Position numbers and translations under genes: made by a program | The notes under the pieces: generated by a model | Database searches by the model: none | Seen by the model: the letters and a program-made list of their open reading frames with translations, nothing else | What the model was told of the DNA's origin: nothing | NCBI GenBank assembly: GCA_965261085.1 | Contig: OZ253442.1 | Location: 416,001 to 480,000, forward strand | From: a bacterium | GTDB taxonomy: Bacteria > UBA8248 | Length of the DNA: 64,000 bases | Direction: 5' to 3' | Shown here: one piece after another, positions 1 to 7,271 of the stretch | Layout of the letters: each line of letters starts with the position of its first letter | Numbering within the stretch: position 1 is the first letter of the stretch

Positions 1-210
1 GAGGCTCTCGACGTATCTGCGGTGGCCCTCGGCGTAGATGGTGTCGAACGCCAGGGAGGATTTGCCCGAACCGCTCGGGCCCGTGACGACGATGAAATGC
101 TCCCTCGGGAGTTTGAGGGAGATGTCCTTCAAATTATGCTCCCGCGCGCCCTCGATGCGGATGTCTTCCATCAGGGATACGGCTGGGAGAGCTTCGCTTT
201 GGGTGTTCAT
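1..210 (-). CDS. uvrA: Excinuclease ABC subunit UvrA, N-terminus (runs off the window edge)
   Basis: Minus-strand translation (not in the ORF track) gives [57 protein letters not shown], the canonical UvrA start. In-frame ATGs at 171 and 210. Confidence 0.95.
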   Translation of the reverse strand, partial: MNTQSEALPAVSLMEDIRIEGAREHNLKDISLKLPREHFIVVTGPSGSGKSSLAFDTIYAEGHRRYVESL

Positions 211-265
211 TTCCTCGTGACGACTCTATGGGTGATACGGGCGATGAACGAAATGATAACCCCTC

Positions 266-294
266 AATATGATGCGGGGGGAGGTAGGTGTCAA
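266..294 (-). promoter_or_regulatory. Putative sigma70 promoter of uvrA
   Basis: Minus strand: TTGACA (294-289), 17-bp spacer, CATATT (271-266). Confidence 0.6.
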
Positions 295-350
295 CGGGGT
301 GGGGGGTTTGGGGGAAAGTAGAGATAGGGCCCCGCGCCTGTCCTGTTGGA

Positions 351-1208
351 TTACCTCAAACCGAGTTCTCTAAGCCAAGCGTCAACCTGTCCGAAGGCGT
401 CCTGTTGCCATTGATCCGCAGTGCGCTCACCGAGCGCGTCGGAACCTTCCACGAATTGCCGCACACAGGTCGGGCCGAAATCGTCCACGTCGCGGAATTT
501 TCCCGAGAGTAGAAGATAGCCTTTTCGCGCCGTATCGACTTCAAGGAGTGGCTTCGTTGCCGCAACGAGAGCGTCCAGCCCGCCTGGAAAGTTGCGGATG
601 GAGAAGTAGATATCGTAAGCATCTTTTTGTTTCAGCCGATTTCCGATGGCATATCCTTTCATGGCCAACAGCGCCGGGATCGACGCTACCGCAATGTGCA
701 CGCTATTGCGGCCTCCATCCGGCATATCGCTCTCAATGGAGACCATCTCGTAGAATTTGAGCGCAAGATCGGCGCCGTCGGCGCGCTGTACGGCGAACTC
801 ACTGATAAGCGGTGGGGTGTTCTTCGCGAGCTCGACGTCACGCGGCATAAGAAAGTCCACGACAACATCGATATCAGACCCGCCGTCGCGGGCGGGCACG
901 GTGCGCACGAGTTGAAAGGGAGGTGAATTGTCCCGCTGATTGTAGCCTTGCTTCTGAAGCGACTCGACGAGCCGGGCATATTCCCCATCGCCCAGGGCTT
1001 CGGCGTCGAGACTGAGATCCACGTCTAAGGTGCCGACATGGGACATATCGGATTCGCCCAACAACAGCCATGGAACGGCACCACCGATTACAGCGAACTT
1101 ACCTTGAAAACTGCCCAGGATTTGTCCGATTTCGACCAATACGGATTTGACCGCCGCTGTACTGCGATCATCGTAATCATGGGCGAACCGCGGTTCTTCT
1201 ATAGCCAT
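351..1208 (-). CDS. Nucleotidyltransferase, AbiEii-like (type IV TA / abortive-infection toxin)
   Basis: Pol-beta-type motifs VIGGAV...GTLDVD, then LLAMK and R..QKDAYDI. Overlaps the end of the upstream AbiEi-like gene. Confidence 0.75.
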   Translation of the reverse strand: MAIEEPRFAHDYDDRSTAAVKSVLVEIGQILGSFQGKFAVIGGAVPWLLLGESDMSHVGTLDVDLSLDAEALGDGEYARLVESLQKQGYNQRDNSPPFQLVRTVPARDGGSDIDVVVDFLMPRDVELAKNTPPLISEFAVQRADGADLALKFYEMVSIESDMPDGGRNSVHIAVASIPALLAMKGYAIGNRLKQKDAYDIYFSIRNFPGGLDALVAATKPLLEVDTARKGYLLLSGKFRDVDDFGPTCVRQFVEGSDALGERTADQWQQDAFGQVDAWLRELGLR

Positions 1209-2308
1209 GGGAAGAACTCTCTGGCTAGATATTCGGCAGCTTCACGGTCGCGGTCATTGCCGTTCCACAAGTCCAAATAAGTGACGACTGGACTGGCACA
1301 GAATACGCCCGGCGCAGGCTCGCTGGCGTCATCGAACAGACTCTCATCCATGGGGATACGAAGGACAACGTTAGCTCCTCTTGTAGCAGGCCTCAGTTTC
1401 AACGCTTCTACCAAAGTTTCAGCGCCAGATTCGTCAGCATAGAAAGTATGTGTGCCGTCCCGGCCAAAGGGCGCGTACCATTGGGCGGCGGAATGCAACG
1501 AGTAGATTGCTCGCGGGCGTTGTGGATACGGATTTAGCACTCCCGACAATCGCTTTTCAAGCTGCTCGCCGTGGAGATGTGTGTATCCGGCGATGTGACG
1601 GCCAATCGGACGGCGATAGTTCTTGCGCCATTTTTTCAAGAGCGCATCCGGCTGGACGAGGGCGACTCCGTCGTCGCGTTTTTCGATCCATTCCCGTTCA
1701 AGCAAGGCTTTTCGAACATTACTCACATGACCAAGGCTCACTTTGGCTTTTTCGGCCAAGTCGGCGACACGCCATGCGTGGTCGGGGTCGCGCAGCATCA
1801 CGCGCAAGACAGCGCCCGCTTTCGGGGTGAAAATTGACCGCAACACACGGATTTCGGACTCAGGCTTGTTTGCGACGGCCCGATCAATATAGACGCTATC
1901 GAAAGCGAGATGTACGTTCCCGAAAAGATCGAGATAAGCAATATTGTGAGCGGTACAGATCGCTCGCGACTCCGGGGACAGGTAGGGACTGACAAGCATC
2001 GGAATCAAACGCCGGTTGTCATCCGCGTGCCTAGATTGAAGTAAATGCACCACATAGCTTTCGAGCTGGTAGACTGCGGAACGCACGAAGCGCGGCGCCC
2101 CATTCGCTTTAACCTCGATGATGAGCGTGTAATCGACGACGCCGTGGCTCAAACCTATTCGTAAATCGATTCCGTAGTCGCGCCCGACGCTTTCCTCATA
2201 GTCGTCAACCGAGTCGATCTCCACGTTTGGTATGTCGGTAAGCAAGTCACGGACAGCCTCGAAGGCCATGAAATCTTGAACTTTCAATGTTTGAGTATAT
2301 TTCATCAT
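1199..2308 (-). CDS. AbiEi-family antitoxin/regulator with N-terminal PD-(D/E)XK-like domain and central wHTH
   Basis: GIDL...IIEVK motif; HTH WRVADLAEKAKVSLGHVSNVRKALLEREWIE; C-terminal PVVTYLDLWNGNDRDREAAEYL typical of AbiEi_2/DUF2186; coupled to the NTase. Confidence 0.75.
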   Translation of the reverse strand: MMKYTQTLKVQDFMAFEAVRDLLTDIPNVEIDSVDDYEESVGRDYGIDLRIGLSHGVVDYTLIIEVKANGAPRFVRSAVYQLESYVVHLLQSRHADDNRRLIPMLVSPYLSPESRAICTAHNIAYLDLFGNVHLAFDSVYIDRAVANKPESEIRVLRSIFTPKAGAVLRVMLRDPDHAWRVADLAEKAKVSLGHVSNVRKALLEREWIEKRDDGVALVQPDALLKKWRKNYRRPIGRHIAGYTHLHGEQLEKRLSGVLNPYPQRPRAIYSLHSAAQWYAPFGRDGTHTFYADESGAETLVEALKLRPATRGANVVLRIPMDESLFDDASEPAPGVFCASPVVTYLDLWNGNDRDREAAEYLAREFFPWL

Positions 2309-2401
2309 TCGTTGAAAATAGCATATATAGTGAAAATGTCAAGTTTTTTCATTAAATACTATTATTTCATCTTTCGCTGAAAATAGCATTATTAGTGAAA
2401 A
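2281..2401. repeat. Four 24-bp TGAAA-N13-TGAAA boxes in alternating orientation (candidate operators)
   Basis: 2281-2304 (-) TGAAAtatactcaaacatTGAAAG; 2313-2336 (+) TGAAAatagcatatatagTGAAAA; 2346-2369 (-) TGAAAtaatagtatttaaTGAAAA; 2378-2401 (+) TGAAAatagcattattagTGAAAA. Gaps are 8, 9 and 8 bp. Confidence 0.85.
2315..2342 (-). promoter_or_regulatory. Putative sigma70 promoter of the AbiE-like operon
   Basis: Minus strand: TTGACA (2342-2337), 16-bp spacer ending in TGn, TATTTT (2320-2315). Embedded in the box array. Confidence 0.55.
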
Positions 2402-2549
2402 CCGCTTCCGAAAAACCCCAACGCTCAGTTTCATAAACGCGACTACGCCCCTGGCAAGGATAACCTCCCGCCGCTATTGATAGGGTGATTCTTAGGACTC
2501 CGGGGCGGAAGGGCAGGGACGAATTGAATCAATGTCCTGATCACTCCTC

Positions 2550-3335
2550 TCAAATCGCCCGTAATCGCCCCCCGTCGACGGCGAACACGCCGCCCGAGAT
2601 GTAACTCGCCTCGGGCGAGGCGAGAAACGCCACCATCGCGCCGAACTCCTCTGGCTCGCCCAGACGGCCCAGCGGCACGTCGCGCTCCACGCGCGCCACG
2701 GATTCCTCAAGGGTTATCCCTAAGCGCTTCGCCAGGGACGCGCGGCCATGCATCCCGCGTTCGGTGTTGATGACGCCGGGGATGACCACGTTCACCAGAA
2801 TGTTCTCCTCGCCCAGGGCGCGAGAGAGCGATTTGGCCAGACCGGCCACGGCGGGGCGCATGACGTTCGAGAGCAGGAGATCGTCGATGGGTTCGCGCAC
2901 CGAACTGGACAGGATGAAGAGGATTCTTCCGCCGCCTCGCCCCCGCATGTGCGGTAGCGTCTCGCGGACGAGGCGCACGGCGCTCATGACGCCCAGCTCG
3001 AACGCGTCGAACCAGGCGTCGTCTTCAAGCTCCTCGAACACCCCTCTGGGAGGCCCGCCCGCGTTTGCGACCAGAACGTCCACGCCGCCGAAGTGAGACG
3101 CGGCCCCGCCGATGAATTTCTGGACGCCCTCAACGGTGCTCACGTCCGCCGCGCAATGCCAGGTTTCCACACCGGCCTGTTTTGCGATATCGGAAGCGGC
3201 CGCGGCGCAGGTGGCCTCATCCCTCGAGCAAATGGCCACGCTTGCGCCGCGCATGGCCATCTTGAGCGCCGAGGCTCGGCCCAGCCCCTTGCTGCCCGCC
3301 GCCACCAGGGCGATTTTTCCTTCCATGTCTCTCAT
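2550..3335 (-). CDS. SDR family oxidoreductase
   Basis: AAGSKGLG Rossmann motif, VLVANAGGPP, SNVMRPAV atypical active-site motif, VPLGRLGEPEEF, VDGG. Confidence 0.9.
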   Translation of the reverse strand: MRDMEGKIALVAAGSKGLGRASALKMAMRGASVAICSRDEATCAAAASDIAKQAGVETWHCAADVSTVEGVQKFIGGAASHFGGVDVLVANAGGPPRGVFEELEDDAWFDAFELGVMSAVRLVRETLPHMRGRGGGRILFILSSSVREPIDDLLLSNVMRPAVAGLAKSLSRALGEENILVNVVIPGVINTERGMHGRASLAKRLGITLEESVARVERDVPLGRLGEPEEFGAMVAFLASPEASYISGGVFAVDGGRLRAI

Positions 3336-3560
3336 CGGGTATCTCCTCGGTCGCGCCCATCGTCATGAAAGGCTAAAAACGGCGAACCCGCAACTGCCCG
3401 CATTTGCCGTCACCCAAGGACGCGGCGCGCACGGCATCATTCACGCGGATTCCCGTGCATCGAGACGAATCGGAATTGATGAAAATATCGATAAATTCAC
3501 GATGTTTTTCGATAAATTTATGACATGTTAAACATATGATAAATAAGGCGTTATACGATT

Positions 3561-4400
3561 TTAGCGCCTCGGCGCGATGATGACGTACGTTGGCGCGGGA
3601 CGCCCCGGAATGCTATTCGAGCCCCGCACCCACAACTGCGAACTCGAGCCGCCGTCCAGGTTCATGGCGTCCCGGATGCCAAGGCCGCCTTTCGATTCGG
3701 GCAGAACCAGATACTCCTGAAGCTCACACCAGGAGATGCCGCGCGTCTCGGTCTCGCTCACCAGAACGACGAGCCTGTCTTTCGCGTCGAGGCCGACCAC
3801 CGTTCTCCTCGTGGCGCGCAGATATTCCCTGTACCGAGACAGCCCCTCAGCGGGCTTGCCATTCATTACGAGAAGAGGCCCCGCCTGGAACGCCTCTTTG
3901 ACGCCTGAATCCTGAAATTTCTCGCGGGAAACGATTTCAGGCCTCCCGTTATTCCGCCCCACCACGAACATCGCTCCGTAATGCAGGAAGGTCTTGCGCC
4001 CCCGGTGCAACACGCGGCTGTTGAACACCTTTCCGCCCGAGCGGAAATATCCCATGGGGCGTCCGTTTTCATCAAAATAGCCGGCATTGAGAATGACGGA
4101 GGCACCCAGCTTTTCGCCGAGAACCTCCAAGTCGACGGGCAGGAACCACTCTGATTTGTCACGCCAGTGGAGCCTGATTTCAAACTCCCCGTGCCGCAAA
4201 CGCACCGCCTTCATGCGCGCGGTCGCGCCATTTTCGAACCGAATTCGAACGTTTCGCGTATCCAACGGCGGGGATTGCCGCCGTGTCCACCGACCATCTC
4301 CCACGGGATGGCCCTTGAGAGGACAATCGGGTGCGGCCATCGCAGGTTGAACGACCACAAAAGAGCCGACAATCAAATTCAACACCAGCAAACGCTTCAT
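3561..4400 (-). CDS. Exported phosphodiester glycosidase family protein (NAGPA/DUF2233)
   Basis: Signal peptide; LNAGYF, QAGPLL, RRTVVG and AMNLDGGSSS motifs. Confidence 0.85.
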   Translation of the reverse strand: MKRLLVLNLIVGSFVVVQPAMAAPDCPLKGHPVGDGRWTRRQSPPLDTRNVRIRFENGATARMKAVRLRHGEFEIRLHWRDKSEWFLPVDLEVLGEKLGASVILNAGYFDENGRPMGYFRSGGKVFNSRVLHRGRKTFLHYGAMFVVGRNNGRPEIVSREKFQDSGVKEAFQAGPLLVMNGKPAEGLSRYREYLRATRRTVVGLDAKDRLVVLVSETETRGISWCELQEYLVLPESKGGLGIRDAMNLDGGSSSQLWVRGSNSIPGRPAPTYVIIAPRR

Positions 4401-4455
4401 GGCGAAAAGCCCCTCGACGCCGCCAACCCCACTTTACTCTGATTGCACGGAATGA

Positions 4456-6078
4456 CTAGAAACCAGCCGCGCATCCATCTCTTCGATGATCAGAACCACC
4501 CATGATTACGCCATCATCAAGCCGCACGATTCCCTGCCCGCCGCCAAAACCCTCATAGCCGCCTGCACGACGCACATCGTGGCCACGCGATTCCAACTCC
4601 TGGAGCACGCTCTCCGGCACACCGCTCTCTATCGCCACTGCACGACCACCCAAAACGCGAAAACGGGGGGCTTCGATAGCTTCCTGGATGTCCATGCCGA
4701 AATCCACCATATTCGAGAGAACCTGCACATGCCCTTGCGGCTGCATGTCGCCTCCCATGACGCCGAAACTCATCCAGGGTTCCCCATCTTTCATCACAAA
4801 ACCGGGGATAATGGTGTGCAAGGGCCGCTTTTCGGGCGCGATGCAATTCGGGTGGCCTTCTTCCAACACGAAACCGCTGCCCCTGTTCTGGAGCATGATG
4901 CCCGTCTCTCCCCCGGTGATGCCTGATCCGAAATGATGGAACAAACTGTTGATGAACGAACACATATTTCCCTGAGAATCCGCCACAGTAAGATAAATCG
5001 TGTCGTTCCAGGTTTTGGGAATCCCGGCCCCGGGGCTACCGGCTTTTTTCTCATCAATGAGCTTTCGACGCTCATCGGCATATCCCGAGGACAGAAGCCC
5101 TTTCAGGGGAACATCCGCCTTGTCCATATCCGCGACATAGCGATCTCTGTCTGCGAAGGCGAGCTTCATCGCCTCGATCAGAATATGGAGATGATCGGCG
5201 GAGCCATAACTCATCTCTGCCAAAGGGTATACGTCGATGAGATTGAGGCATACCAGCGCCGTGACACCCTGCCCTGAGGGCGGTATCTCACAAAGCTCAT
5301 AGCCGCGGTAATTTGCGCGAATCGGCTCAACCCATTCACTTTTCGTGGCGGCGAAATCCTCGAGCTCGAACAAACCCCCGATTTCCTTGGTGTAGCGAAC
5401 GATCTCCTCGGCTATCGGACCTTCGTAGAAAGCCTCACGGCCACCATCGGCTATCATCCGCAAAGATTCTCCCAGCTTCGGGTTCCGGAATCTTTCTCCA
5501 ATTCTCGGCGGGCGCCCGGCCGGCAGATAGGTTCGCTGTGAGTATTCACATTTTTGCAGCTTTTCCGTCTGGTTTGCCCACGCACGTCCAATGATGGGGG
5601 ACAGAGGAAATCCATCTTCCGCATATTGAATCGCCGGCCGGAGAAGCTCCGACATTTTCTTCTTCCCACTGCCGCATCGCTCGTAGGCGGCGAACCATCC
5701 ATCCACGGCACCGGGGAGGGTGCAAGAATAAATTCCTGTCTCCGGCACGGAAGAATATTCCTGGTAGCGCGAGAGTGTCGCTTTGGCCGGACTCTTTCCA
5801 CTGCCGTTCAAACCCAGGAGTTCCTTCGAATCGGAATCCCAATAGAGCATGAACATATCCCCACCAACCCCCGTGGATTGCGGCTCCACCACATTCAACG
5901 CTGCGGCTGTCGCGATTGCCGCGTCCATGGCGTTTCCGCCTTCTCTCAGGATTAGGAGACCCGCTTCGGCGGCCAGGGGCTGGCTGGTCGCCACCAAGCC
6001 TCCGGTGGCGAATACGGGAGAGCGGCCTGCGCCCAGCAATGTCCTTGTAGTCGGCTCTTTCAACACCCACTCCTTCAC
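4456..6078 (-). CDS. ggt: Gamma-glutamyltransferase
   Basis: GGNAMDAAIA, EPQSTGVGGD, autocleavage DTIYLTVAD, KRPLHTIIP, GVMGGDMQPQ. Confidence 0.95.
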   Translation of the reverse strand: MKEWVLKEPTTRTLLGAGRSPVFATGGLVATSQPLAAEAGLLILREGGNAMDAAIATAAALNVVEPQSTGVGGDMFMLYWDSDSKELLGLNGSGKSPAKATLSRYQEYSSVPETGIYSCTLPGAVDGWFAAYERCGSGKKKMSELLRPAIQYAEDGFPLSPIIGRAWANQTEKLQKCEYSQRTYLPAGRPPRIGERFRNPKLGESLRMIADGGREAFYEGPIAEEIVRYTKEIGGLFELEDFAATKSEWVEPIRANYRGYELCEIPPSGQGVTALVCLNLIDVYPLAEMSYGSADHLHILIEAMKLAFADRDRYVADMDKADVPLKGLLSSGYADERRKLIDEKKAGSPGAGIPKTWNDTIYLTVADSQGNMCSFINSLFHHFGSGITGGETGIMLQNRGSGFVLEEGHPNCIAPEKRPLHTIIPGFVMKDGEPWMSFGVMGGDMQPQGHVQVLSNMVDFGMDIQEAIEAPRFRVLGGRAVAIESGVPESVLQELESRGHDVRRAGGYEGFGGGQGIVRLDDGVIMGGSDHRRDGCAAGF

Positions 6079-6099
6079 GATATGGAAGATTTTACCGAT

Positions 6100-7167
6100 T
6101 TATGTGTCACATATTTCCGCCTGTTCTCTATCGCGGAGAAAAACCACCTCACACATTTCTCCGTTACCAGATGAAGCCATGGCATCCGGTCCCACGATAC
6201 ATCTTTTCAAAATGGAATTCTCATCAACTCTACCACCTGAAAAGATGATGGATTCTCGAACTTTGGCGTTATTCCTAAGAATAGCATCCCCCATGATTGC
6301 CGTGAAGGGACCCGCTTTCGCATTTTTTTGGATAACAATATCGGGGCCTAACAAAACAGGGGGCTCAATGCTGCCCTCCCCCCACTTCATGGCGGGACCT
6401 TCTATCAACAAAAACCCCTTTGGCGGCCACATGAACTCCGGCGCGAATGCGCCGGACATGATGTCCATATTCGCCTGCAAATACCGCGACGGAGTACCGA
6501 CATCCATCCAATAAGAATCACTCAGAATCGCACCAATCCGGGTGCCTTTTTTCATCAACCGGGGATAAATTTGCTTTGAAATATCCGACGCCACTCCCAC
6601 AGGGATATGATTCAACATTTCAGGAGACATGATGCTCAACCCGGTGAACATCGCCTGGCTCAGCTCGCCTTGTGGGATCCCCGGTGCGCTCGTGTCCAAA
6701 AAATTTCGCAAACGTCCCACCCCATCAAATTCAAGCACCCCGTATTTTTTAACCTCGGGTGAGCGTCTGAGTATAAGTGTGGCGAGAAAATCTCCCTTTT
6801 GATGATGGTTCAACGCTTTTTTAAAATCAGCGCCACACGGCGCATCCGCGTTGATGACGAAAAAAGGCTCTTTCTTCTCGCACAAAAACGCCTCTGCATT
6901 CTTGATTCCACCGGCAGTTCCCAAAATCTCAGGCTCGTGAAAATACCGAATATGAACACCATGCGCACAATCACCCAAAGTAGAACGAATCTTCTCTGCG
7001 CCATGGTGCAAATTGACTGCGACCTCCCTCACACCGACAGCCGCCAATTTCTCCAGTGCAAAACCGATAAGCGGCACACCGCCCAAGGGTAAAAGCGGTT
7101 TGGGGATCTCCTCTCCCAACACTCCCAGTCTTTTTCCATAACCAGCCGCCATCACGAACGCCCGCAT
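6100..7167 (-). CDS. NDP-sugar pyrophosphorylase (mannose-1-P guanylyltransferase/MurU-like) with C-terminal beta-helix
   Basis: MAAGYGKRL, PKPLLP, EPEILGTAGGI, YWMDVGTP, hexapeptide-like C-terminus. ATG at 7167 follows an AGAGG RBS. Confidence 0.85.
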   Translation of the reverse strand: MRAFVMAAGYGKRLGVLGEEIPKPLLPLGGVPLIGFALEKLAAVGVREVAVNLHHGAEKIRSTLGDCAHGVHIRYFHEPEILGTAGGIKNAEAFLCEKKEPFFVINADAPCGADFKKALNHHQKGDFLATLILRRSPEVKKYGVLEFDGVGRLRNFLDTSAPGIPQGELSQAMFTGLSIMSPEMLNHIPVGVASDISKQIYPRLMKKGTRIGAILSDSYWMDVGTPSRYLQANMDIMSGAFAPEFMWPPKGFLLIEGPAMKWGEGSIEPPVLLGPDIVIQKNAKAGPFTAIMGDAILRNNAKVRESIIFSGGRVDENSILKRCIVGPDAMASSGNGEMCEVVFLRDREQAEICDT

Positions 7168-7271
7168 TCCGCGTACCTCTCTTGTGGCCGGAAAGAATGC
7201 TCTCAATTCCTTTGAGAACAAAACAAAACCGGGCATTGCAATCCGCCCGGCTTGTTTGATTTTCTGTATTA

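Noticed and set aside
22-321. Plus-strand 99-aa ORF ([13 protein letters not shown]...)
   Set aside because: It is the antisense shadow of the uvrA N-terminus on the minus strand.
339-2539. TGTCCTG at 339-345 and 2533-2539 as a possible target-site duplication around the AbiE-like islet
   Set aside because: Only 7 bp, with no integrase, transposase or terminal inverted repeats; easily explained by chance.
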